From NCBI GenBank assembly GCA_900315815.1, contig ONAS01000001.1, positions 1,690-65,689 on the forward strand: a stretch of DNA of 64,000 nucleotides, written 5' to 3'. The position numbers and the translations under genes are program-made. The notes under the pieces were generated by a model. That model was not told the DNA's origin and did not search any database. It saw nothing but the letters and a program-made list of their open reading frames with translations. Source of the DNA: an uncultured Eubacteriales bacterium. Lineage in GTDB: Bacteria > Bacillota > Clostridia > Oscillospirales > Acutalibacteraceae. Of this stretch, positions 46,753 through 59,548 are shown in pieces. Position 1 is the stretch's first letter. The number at the start of each line of letters is the position of its first letter.

Positions 46753-48813
46753 TTATTTAACACCCCGGAGATATAAACCATGGGTAAAACGCTCGAAACC
46801 ACGATTTTCCCTTATTTTTTTAAGGATTTTTTCCTTGTTATCCACAGAGTTTTCCACAGAAAAGCGAATTATGTGAAAAACCCGGCCATCCTCGTTATAA
46901 TCCTTCTGCGGCATTAAAACCGGCACGCAGTTGAGGATCTCCGTGTATCCGTCACGGGATACGACGCGGAATTTTTCATTCTTTCTGTCCTGCAAAAATC
47001 TTTCTGTTTTGCAGGGTCCATTCAACCCCGCAGGTGCGTTGCGGGTGACCATCAGCGGAAAATATCCGTATCGGATGATCCCGACGGGGATGGGTTTTCT
47101 GAGCTTTTCGATCCGTTTGAGGTCCAGCTCGGCGGAAACCTCCGCGGCTTCAATGCCATACCGCTTCGCCCAATCCAGACTCCGGCTGTTCGCAAGGTTC
47201 ATCCCGAAGCCCGCGCGGATCGTGAATCCGCGTTTTTTGCCGAGATATGCCGCGTCGATCGTGTGTACCAGCATATCGCGGACGCCCAGACGGGAAAGCT
47301 CCTCCAACAGATTGCTGTCGAGATTTTCTCCGAACAGCACCCGCGGCATTTCGACGCCGATCCTCCATCCGTCCTCGATCATCCTGCGGACTTTTTCGAC
47401 GTCAGTCAAGCCTTCCAGAGCAATAAATACGATCCCTTTATTCTTCAATTCCCCGGGCAGTTCGATATCCGGACTGCAATACCAGTCCGCGCAGTCAAAG
47501 CGCTCCGCTTCATCGTTGATTTCTTCATTGATATCAATATCGCTGATCAAATACCGATGCAGCGGCTTTTCACGTTCACTGTCCAGCTTTTCCAGCGCTG
47601 CGCGACGCAGCGCGTTCAGCGCCGATACCGGCAGGGAGATATCCGGATCGTACTGTCCGATCAGTTTGTTGACATAATACGGCGTTCCGCCTGTTTTTGT
47701 CAGGCTTTTCCTCATCATGTCGTCATTCAGCGGCAGCTTCACCGCTTTTTCGGCAGGCGCCGTTCCTTCGGCAGTCACCGTATTTCTGCCGTCGCTGACC
47801 GTGAGCCGCGGTTTTTCTCCGACGGACGCTGTCAGCGTCATATCGACCGGTACGGTCTGATTTTCATCCTTATAACTGTTTCTGATCTCTTTGAGCAGCC
47901 TGCTGTCAGCGGCAAGAACATCGTCCTTGCGCCGATAGCCGAACATATCGCTGCCAAGCCTTCCGCGCAGATAGCCGTCGGTAAATCCCGTGCGGGAAAA
48001 AACAGCTCCGAGCCTCGCGTCATCCTGCCAGGCGGTATCTCCGTTTTGACGCTGCTCCACTGCCGCTTCAGTCGCGGCGGCAACATATTCGGGCCGTTTC
48101 ATGCGTCCCTCGATCTTTGCGCTCGCGACGCCGCGGCGTTCCAGCTCCTTGATATACCTGATCCCGCCGTTATCCTTCAGGCTCAGCGCGTGATCGTTGT
48201 CGCCGAACCGCATCGGCAGACGGCACGGCTGGGCGCACATCCCGCGGTTGGCGGAGCGTCCGCCGAGCATCGCGGAAAAATAGCACTGTCCCGACACGCA
48301 CATACACAGTGCGCCGTGAACGAAAACCTCCAGCTCGATCTCCGGGCACGCCAGATGGATCCGTTCGATCTCGTCCAGCGACAGCTCCCGTGCCAGCACC
48401 ACCCGCTTGAAGCCCATTTCATACAGCGCCTTCGCGCCGTATTCCGTATGCACGCTCATCTGGGTGGAGGCGTGCAGGGGCAGATCGGGGATCGCTTTTT
48501 TGATCAGTGACGCAAGCCCGATATCCTGAATGATGATCGCGTCGATATCCGCGCGGGCGGCGGATTTTGCCAGCTCCAGCGCGTCCTGCATCTCGTCGTC
48601 AAATATCAGGGTGTTCAGCGCGAGATAGACCTTTACCCCGCGCGTATGACAGAAGCGAACGCATTCGCGCAGCTCACCGTCATCAAAATTATGCGCGCCC
48701 GCACGCGCGGAAAACTGCTTTGCGCCGATATAGATCGCGTCCGCGCCTAAACGGACGGCGGCGATCATGCTTTCTGTTCCTCCTGCGGGCGATAAAATCT
48801 CGATCTTATTCAT
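46753..48813 (-). CDS. U32-family peptidase-like protein (RlhA-type hydroxylase) with DUF3656-like region
   Basis: EILSPAG, LHASTQMS, RVVLAREL, HGALCMCVSGQC, SANRGMCAQPCR, KIEGRMKRPEY. Confidence 0.92.
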   Translation of the reverse strand: MNKIEILSPAGGTESMIAAVRLGADAIYIGAKQFSARAGAHNFDDGELRECVRFCHTRGVKVYLALNTLIFDDEMQDALELAKSAARADIDAIIIQDIGLASLIKKAIPDLPLHASTQMSVHTEYGAKALYEMGFKRVVLARELSLDEIERIHLACPEIELEVFVHGALCMCVSGQCYFSAMLGGRSANRGMCAQPCRLPMRFGDNDHALSLKDNGGIRYIKELERRGVASAKIEGRMKRPEYVAAATEAAVEQRQNGDTAWQDDARLGAVFSRTGFTDGYLRGRLGSDMFGYRRKDDVLAADSRLLKEIRNSYKDENQTVPVDMTLTASVGEKPRLTVSDGRNTVTAEGTAPAEKAVKLPLNDDMMRKSLTKTGGTPYYVNKLIGQYDPDISLPVSALNALRRAALEKLDSEREKPLHRYLISDIDINEEINDEAERFDCADWYCSPDIELPGELKNKGIVFIALEGLTDVEKVRRMIEDGWRIGVEMPRVLFGENLDSNLLEELSRLGVRDMLVHTIDAAYLGKKRGFTIRAGFGMNLANSRSLDWAKRYGIEAAEVSAELDLKRIEKLRKPIPVGIIRYGYFPLMVTRNAPAGLNGPCKTERFLQDRKNEKFRVVSRDGYTEILNCVPVLMPQKDYNEDGRVFHIIRFSVENSVDNKEKILKKIRENRGFERFTHGLYLRGVK
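46838..46880. promoter_or_regulatory. Cluster of three DnaA boxes inside the U32 gene 3' end
   Basis: TTATCCACA 46838-46846, TTTTCCACA 46850-46858, TGTGAAAAA 46872-46880; all match TTWTNCACA. Confidence 0.65.
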
Positions 48814-49741
48814 CCGTATCGAAGAGAGAATACTGCCGCTGCTGGGTATAGCCCTTCTGCTCATTCTTCTTCTGCATATGCTGCTGCCTGTAAGGATTCA
48901 CGTGAGAATGATCGTGGCGGTTCTTTTTCTCCTTCTGCGGCTTGACCGCAGGCTCCTCCTGCGTATCAAAAAACAGATCGTCCTCTGCGGTGATCGTTTC
49001 CTGAGCGGGAGCGGCTTCCCCGATCGGCGCAGCGGGTGCGTTGTTTGCCGTCTGAGCCTTTCTGAGCCGCTCTTCCATCAAGGCGACCTTTGCCTTCAGC
49101 CCTTCGATGACATTTTCCGCCGATGTGATCTTCTTCTGCGCTTCCTTCAGCGCGATCTGATCGCTGTCAGACTGCGCGCCTTTTTCTTTCAGCGCGGCAT
49201 TCTCTTCATGCAGGCTGTTGATCTCCGCCTTCAGCGCTTCGATCTCCTTTGACGCTTCCGCCTGATCGTCCGCCTCCGCTTTCAGCGACGCGATCTCTCG
49301 CTCCGACTGCGCGCCTTTTTCTTTCAGCGCGGCATTCTCTTCACGCAGACCGCCGATCTCCGCCTTCAGCGCTTCGATCTCCTTCGACGCTTCCGCCTGA
49401 TCGTCCGCCGCCGCTTTCAGCGACGTGATCTCTTGCTCCAGCTGATCGTTTTTCTGTGCCAGCGCGATATTCTGTTCGCTGAGCGCGTCGATCTGTGTCA
49501 GATAATCCTTGATCTGCTCCTTGATCTCAGCGATCGCGCGTTTGTCCTGTTCATTATCGTCCGCAAAATCCAGCGCGGTCAGCACCGCCGCGCGTTCCCG
49601 CGTGATGTTCTGGCTGAAAACCAGCGACGTGATGCGCGCGTCGATTTTCGCGGCGATCTCGATCACATACTTTTCATCCTCGTCGGTGAGGATCGTGAAG
49701 CGCTGTCCTGCGACCAAAACAGAAACTCTTTTTTTATCCAT
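48806..49741 (-). CDS. zapA: ZapA-family cell division protein with long coiled-coil extension
   Basis: RVSVLVAGQRFTILTDEDEKYVIEIAAKIDARI...AAVLTAL ZapA-like core, then ~210 aa extension. Confidence 0.75.
   Translation of the reverse strand: MDKKRVSVLVAGQRFTILTDEDEKYVIEIAAKIDARITSLVFSQNITRERAAVLTALDFADDNEQDKRAIAEIKEQIKDYLTQIDALSEQNIALAQKNDQLEQEITSLKAAADDQAEASKEIEALKAEIGGLREENAALKEKGAQSEREIASLKAEADDQAEASKEIEALKAEINSLHEENAALKEKGAQSDSDQIALKEAQKKITSAENVIEGLKAKVALMEERLRKAQTANNAPAAPIGEAAPAQETITAEDDLFFDTQEEPAVKPQKEKKNRHDHSHVNPYRQQHMQKKNEQKGYTQQRQYSLFDTDE
49170..49439. repeat. 135-bp near-identical tandem duplication (45 aa x2) in the zapA-like gene
   Basis: GACTGCGCGCCTTTTTCTTTCAGCGCGGCATTCTCTTCA starts at both 49170 and 49305. 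Confidence 0.95.
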
Positions 49742-49750
49742 ATCGGTACC

Positions 49751-50393
49751 TCAATCCCGGTCATCCGTAATGACCTTGTAATGCTTCTCTCTGATGATCC
49801 TTTGACTGCACGGCGCCGTCATCAGCACGGTCGTATCCCGATCGACGCTTTTGATATACAGCGAATCCCCGTAGCACAGGGTATCCTCCTCACCGTACAG
49901 GAGTATCGTGAACAACATGATAAAATAACCCGCGTCGTCTTTGTCATAGCCGCCGGCATGGACGGCGATCGACGCCGCAAGACAGAAAAAGCTCAGACGA
50001 AAGCTGAATCGTTCCAGCTGATCGGACTGACAGCCGCAGCCGATGTTCATCACCTTGCGGGAGTCGTTCTCGACTGCCGCGGTAAAGATCACGCCGTCCG
50101 CGCGGATACAGCAGGAGCTATAGCACACGCCGTTGTCGTCCACCAGACCTTCGGAAATGGTTTCCCATTGTGAAAAGTCCGAATAATCTTTGCACAGATC
50201 ATCCTCGCTCAGCTCTTTGCTGATTTCCTCAATGGTAAAGCTGTAACGGCTTCCGAAGCTGTTTTCCGAATCCTCTGTCCTTGTCCTTGACGGCGTCGGC
50301 GATTCTGAACCGGTATCCCCGGGATTTGCGCATCCGCCGAACAGCAGCGCTGTTATCAATAACAGCGCCGCCAATCGGACAATCGTTCTTTGT

Positions 50394-50401
<8 letters not shown>
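49751..50401 (-). CDS. Hypothetical lipoprotein coupled to gyrA
   Basis: ATG overlaps gyrA end; lipobox LFGGC. Confidence 0.7.
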
Positions 50402-52994
<2,593 letters not shown>

Positions 52995-53015
52995 AGCTTA
53001 ACACCTCAATTTCAT

Positions 53016-53063
53016 AGCCTCCCTCAAACGAGGAAGGTGTCACCCGAAGGGTGACCGCGGGAG
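53016..53063. repeat. REP-like double hairpin between gyrB and gyrA
   Basis: CCTCCCTC-AAAC-GAGGAAGG followed by GTCACCC-GAA-GGGTGAC. Confidence 0.55.
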
Positions 53064-53174
53064 AAACTGCGGACCCGATACAGAGTCTAAGGTCTCTGCC
53101 CACAGCAGCTGCACTATCATTCAAAACGCGTCAGCGTTTTACATTTCAATGATCAACGACCGATCGCCGACAGA

Positions 53175-55241
<2,067 letters not shown>

Positions 55242-55342
55242 TCAGACCTCCGTTTACTTCGACCGCAAAGCGTAATCGCTGTCAGAATGCACGCTTCCGC
55301 TCTGCGATGATCCCTCAATAAGAGGAAAATAATCCTTCTGTC

Positions 55343-55711
55343 TCATTTCTTCTTTTTCGTATTTTTGTCTTTTTTCTTCGTATCCTCTCCGACTTTCCTG
55401 AATGTCAGGAAAAACGGCAGAAGCACGATCACCAGCGCCATCAGTATCAATGTCGCAATGAACATCAGCCACAGATCCAGCCGTGTCATCCTGTTGAGCA
55501 GAAACAGATTCATACCGACGCTCAGCAGCAGCCACAGCGGCAAAAGCACCAGGATACCCGGAAAAAACGACGCTTTGAAATGCTTTTTACAGTGATAGCA
55601 TTCCTCTGACTTCTCTTTTTTTCCGATCCTCAGACTTTTTCTGAGGATGGAGAATACTTCCTTATATCTGTATACCGTTCCGCAGAACGGACAAACCGGC
55701 AGCTTAAACAT
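55343..55711 (-). CDS. Small CxxC-x(n)-CxxC plus two-TM protein (cxxc_20_cxxc-like)
   Basis: CPFC-27 aa-CYHC, then two hydrophobic helices and a basic tail. Confidence 0.75.
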   Translation of the reverse strand: MFKLPVCPFCGTVYRYKEVFSILRKSLRIGKKEKSEECYHCKKHFKASFFPGILVLLPLWLLLSVGMNLFLLNRMTRLDLWLMFIATLILMALVIVLLPFFLTFRKVGEDTKKKDKNTKKKK

Positions 55712-56396
55712 CTTCTTCCTCGATCTGCGTGAGGATATCGTCGATCTCCGCCTCTGAGATCACATTCTGAGAGGAACTGACGATCTGCGTCTGCTTCTCC
55801 TCTTCCATCTTCGGGATATCCTTCAGACTTTCGACCGGCATGGTATCGCCCATGCTTTTGCTGCTGGAGATATTTTCAAATTTATCAAAGCTCTTGGTAC
55901 CGCCGTCCGTCTCGCCGACGACCTTGCGCTCTTCCTTGATGGCGTTGAATACGTCCGAATTGATGCTCGGCTTGTAATCCTCATCGCCGAGGATCACATC
56001 GTCCACAAAGGTCGGTACCACCTTCGCGCTTGTCTGCATGGTAGGATCGGGATCGTTTGCGCTGTCCACCATTTCGGTATCATACAGGGAATCCTGAAAT
56101 TTCATCTTCGGCCGCAGACGCACAAACAGCGGCGAAAACAGATAAAAGATGATGAACGGCAGCGCTACAAACAGCAGGAACCACAGATTCTCTCTGTCGG
56201 TAAAGAAGGTGTAATAGCCCATGATGGCAAGCGCCATCAGCAGGACGAAAAAGAAGAAGATCCAGATGGTTTTCTTGAGATGGATATTGGACTCCTTCTT
56301 ACATTTTTTACAGAAATACTCACCTCTCCTGCGGATCAGAAACGCTCTTAAATAGGATATTTTTTTCCCGCAGTACGGGCATCTTGTAGGACTCAT
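55704..56396 (-). CDS. CxxC-x19-CxxC plus two-TM protein with acidic cytoplasmic tail (cxxc_20_cxxc-like)
   Basis: CPYC-19 aa-CKKC, two TMs, ~130-aa acidic tail. Confidence 0.78.
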   Translation of the reverse strand: MSPTRCPYCGKKISYLRAFLIRRRGEYFCKKCKKESNIHLKKTIWIFFFFVLLMALAIMGYYTFFTDRENLWFLLFVALPFIIFYLFSPLFVRLRPKMKFQDSLYDTEMVDSANDPDPTMQTSAKVVPTFVDDVILGDEDYKPSINSDVFNAIKEERKVVGETDGGTKSFDKFENISSSKSMGDTMPVESLKDIPKMEEEKQTQIVSSSQNVISEAEIDDILTQIEEEDV

Positions 56397-56475
56397 AGCT
56401 TCAACTCCAATGCAATTGAATAACGATTCAAATTTTTATGACGGAAGGAATATCCGCCGCCTTCAACGCAAAATA

Positions 56476-56730
56476 TCAACCGTTTTCCATTCTTTTCAGC
56501 AGCGTCGCGGCATTCAGCTGTGACAGATACACGCTGTATTCTCCGTCGAAATCATAAAGGATATATGACTTCGGCAGTTCGCTGCTGACGCTGACGATTT
56601 TATTTTCCTTTTCACACAGCCGGAGAAACTCTCTGGTGTGCTTGGATACCGTGCTGGTATCCATATCAAAGATACCGACGATATTTTTGATCTCGATCGA
56701 GGTATCCTTTCCGAGGTGCAGATATTTCAT
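56476..56730 (-). CDS. remB: DUF370/RemB family protein
   Basis: YLHLGKDTSI...IVGIFDMD...PKSYIL...YLSQL; canonical position after recF. Confidence 0.88.
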   Translation of the reverse strand: MKYLHLGKDTSIEIKNIVGIFDMDTSTVSKHTREFLRLCEKENKIVSVSSELPKSYILYDFDGEYSVYLSQLNAATLLKRMENG

Positions 56731-57824
56731 GTGACCACCCCGTTGTTGATATAAAACACTCTGCCGTTTTTGAGCTGTTCCTTGTTGCTTTCCTCACAGC
56801 AGGTGACAAAGACCTGATATTGCTCTACCTTATTCAGCAGAAAATCCTGACGGCTGTTATCCAGCTCCGAAAGCACATCGTCGAGAAGGATCACCGGACG
56901 CTCGCCGTTCTTTTCATACAGCAGCTCCGCCTCGCTCAGCTTCATCGACAGCACCGCCGACCGCTGCTGGCCCTGTGAGCCGAACCGACGGACGGAAATG
57001 TCATTGATCCTGAAATCCAGATCGTCTCTGTGCGGTCCGACCGAGGTATAGCCGGAATAGAAATCCTCTCTCTGTGACGCCAGAAACGCCGCTCTCAGCT
57101 TTTCCCTGAGAGTACCGATATCGTCGTTCTCCTCAGTTTTTGAGGTGGACTGATACTCGATGTCCAGTATTTCCTTATCGCCGGAGATTCCCTGATGGAA
57201 CAGCCTTGCGGGAGCGCGCAGCTTTTTCAGATAGTCGTAGCGCTCCTTCATGATCTGTGCGCCAACTGCCGTCAGCGAATCATCCCATATCGCAAGGGTC
57301 TCCTTCAGCTCGCTGTGCTTTTTGATATCCTTGAGCAGTGCGTTTCGCTGATTGATGATCTGTTGATATTTTGACAGCAGCGACGCGTACCGCACACGAT
57401 GCTGACAGATTGCCGCGTCGATGAACCGACGCCGGATGTTCGGACCCCGTTTGATGAGATTCAGATGCTCCGGTGAAAAAACCACCGCCGAGAAAATCTC
57501 TGTCAGATAGGATGACGAGCTTCTCTCCACACCGTTGATCCATATCTGCTTGCGGTTCTGACCGAAAGCGATGTCCGCGGTCTGTTCTCTTTCGCACGAA
57601 AAGAATTTCAGTGAAAGCCGGAAAAACTTTTTCTCAAAGGCGATCATCTCATTTTCCTTGGAGCCGCGAAACGAATGTCCGCCGCAGAATAACCAGATTG
57701 CCTCCAGCAGATTGGTTTTTCCCTGCGCGTTCTCGCCGTAGATCACATTGACGTTGTCCGCGGGCGTTATGCTGTTGTTTTCCAGATTTCTGTAATTCTC
57801 AAAACGCAGCTCTTTAACAATCAA
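56727..57824 (-). CDS. recF: DNA replication/repair protein RecF
   Basis: GENAQGKTNLLEAI, GPHRDD, FGSQGQQR, LLDDVLSELD. Confidence 0.98.
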   Translation of the reverse strand: MIVKELRFENYRNLENNSITPADNVNVIYGENAQGKTNLLEAIWLFCGGHSFRGSKENEMIAFEKKFFRLSLKFFSCEREQTADIAFGQNRKQIWINGVERSSSSYLTEIFSAVVFSPEHLNLIKRGPNIRRRFIDAAICQHRVRYASLLSKYQQIINQRNALLKDIKKHSELKETLAIWDDSLTAVGAQIMKERYDYLKKLRAPARLFHQGISGDKEILDIEYQSTSKTEENDDIGTLREKLRAAFLASQREDFYSGYTSVGPHRDDLDFRINDISVRRFGSQGQQRSAVLSMKLSEAELLYEKNGERPVILLDDVLSELDNSRQDFLLNKVEQYQVFVTCCEESNKEQLKNGRVFYINNGVVT

Positions 57825-58039
57825 TCGCCAACAACCTCAATCGTTCTGCCGTTATATTCCACCCTGTCGCCGGGGCGGATCTTCTTGCCGCGCATCTCAC
57901 AGACCTCGCCGTTGAGCTTTACCTCTCCGTTCTGGATCAGATATTTCGCCCGACCGCCGCTGCTGCACATGCCGGCAAATTTCATCAGACTGTCCAGCCT
58001 GATAAATTCTTCCTGTATCGCGATAGTTTCCATATCCAC
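57821..58039 (-). CDS. yaaA: S4-domain RNA-binding protein YaaA
   Basis: EFIRLDSLMK...SSGGRAK...VKLNGEVCEMRGKKIRPGD. Confidence 0.92.
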   Translation of the reverse strand: MDMETIAIQEEFIRLDSLMKFAGMCSSGGRAKYLIQNGEVKLNGEVCEMRGKKIRPGDRVEYNGRTIEVVGD

Positions 58040-58042
58040 CTG

Positions 58043-59146
58043 TTATTCCGCCGCCAGACGCATCGGCACGACCAAGAATGTAAAGCTGTCGCCCTCGACC
58101 GGTTTGATGATCATCGGTGACAGGCTGCCGTTGAGCATGACCCTGATCTCGTCGGTCTCCGCGTTTTTCAGCGCGTCCAGTAAATAACGGTTGTTGAATC
58201 CGATCTCAACATCATTTCCTCTGACCGACGCGGGGATCATATCATTCGCTCTGCCGACCGTCGTCGAGCAGGCGAGCTTGATCTGATCCGAGGTGATGGT
58301 ACATCTGACCGGCGACTGGATCTTTTCATTGGTCAGCAGCGCCATTCTGTCGACAGACGACGCAAGGATCCTTGTATTGATCACGAACTCCGTGCTTGCC
58401 GTTTTCGGGACCGTTGTTTTATAGTCGAGGAAGTTGCCTTCGATCAGTCTGGACACGATGCTGTAATCCTCGATTTTCAGCATGATGTGACGCTGACCGA
58501 CCTTGACGGCGATATCCTTTTCATTGTCGGTGATGAGCTTTAAGATCTCATTCTGCGTTTTGCCCGGCACTACGAATTTGGTATGCAGATCACAGTCAAC
58601 CGCTTCCTCACGGATCGCCATACGGAAGCCGTCGACCGCGACGATGCGGAAGGTACGGTCTTCGATCTCAAACAGCGAGCCGGTATAGATCGGCTTTGCC
58701 ATATTATCCGATACCGCAAAGACGGTCTGTCTGATCATATTCTTCAGCAGCTCCGCCTTGATCTCAAACGAGCTCTGCTCGTCCACATTCGGCAGCTCGG
58801 GATAATCCACGGAATTGATGCCGACGATCTGATAATCTGCCGTACCCGACGTGATATACGTGATCAGCCTGTCGTCCGTTTCGATATTCACGATCTCCTC
58901 GGGGAGCTTGCGGATGATATCGTTGAACAGTCTTGCCGATACAACGATCTCTCCCTCCTCCGCGATGGAAGCCTCCATGCTGGTGACGATGCCGATCTCC
59001 AGATCATAGCCGGAAATTTCCAGCGTATTGCTGTACGCCTTGATCAGCACGCCCTCCAGCGCGGGAATAGCGGCCTTTGCGGAAACCGCTCTCGATACGT
59101 TGCCGACAGCGGCGGACAGATCCGATCTCATACACTTAAATCTCAT
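58043..59146 (-). CDS. dnaN: DNA polymerase III beta clamp
   Basis: VAVDGFRMA, SRLIEGNFLDY, IGFNNRYLLDAL, LVVPMR. Confidence 0.98.
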   Translation of the reverse strand: MRFKCMRSDLSAAVGNVSRAVSAKAAIPALEGVLIKAYSNTLEISGYDLEIGIVTSMEASIAEEGEIVVSARLFNDIIRKLPEEIVNIETDDRLITYITSGTADYQIVGINSVDYPELPNVDEQSSFEIKAELLKNMIRQTVFAVSDNMAKPIYTGSLFEIEDRTFRIVAVDGFRMAIREEAVDCDLHTKFVVPGKTQNEILKLITDNEKDIAVKVGQRHIMLKIEDYSIVSRLIEGNFLDYKTTVPKTASTEFVINTRILASSVDRMALLTNEKIQSPVRCTITSDQIKLACSTTVGRANDMIPASVRGNDVEIGFNNRYLLDALKNAETDEIRVMLNGSLSPMIIKPVEGDSFTFLVVPMRLAAE

Positions 59147-59250
59147 TTCAGATTCCTTTCCATCCGTGACGGACCGATCAAAAAAGCCAATGATGATCGT
59201 CGACCTTCTGCCGATCCTTTACGGACAACAAAATTTCAATTTTTTGTCAA

Positions 59251-59460
59251 TGATATGATATGAATATATTTATTAAATAGTAATAGTAGTAGGGGCTGTG
59301 GAAATGAGGAAATCCCGCTTTTTCTGCGTCCTTACTGCCTTTTCTTTCCATACTTCTCTCCAAGCATTATGAAAAACTTACCTTCTCGATCCTTAGCACG
59401 TCTTCTTATCAACAAAGCAAGGAAATCTGTGGAGTGGATTTCAATGGAAATGTTGAAATC
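59251..59460. other. oriC: oriC: AT-rich segment, DnaA-trios, GC spacer and DnaA-box-like repeats
   Basis: TAG TAA TAG TAG TAG (59278-59292), GGGC, TGTGGAAAT (59297-59305): same layout as the B. subtilis basal unwinding system, between dnaA and dnaN. Confidence 0.88.
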
Positions 59461-59548
59461 TCCGTTTGCCGTTGAGGATCATTTAAGGGGTCAGATGATG
59501 TGAGCAATGTTTGCCGACGGTCGGATCTTTTCGGATGCCGACCGATCA

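Noticed and set aside
46610-46880. DnaA-box cluster as the real oriC
   Set aside because: DnaA-trios and the unwinding layout are at 59278-59305 between dnaA and dnaN; no trios seen here
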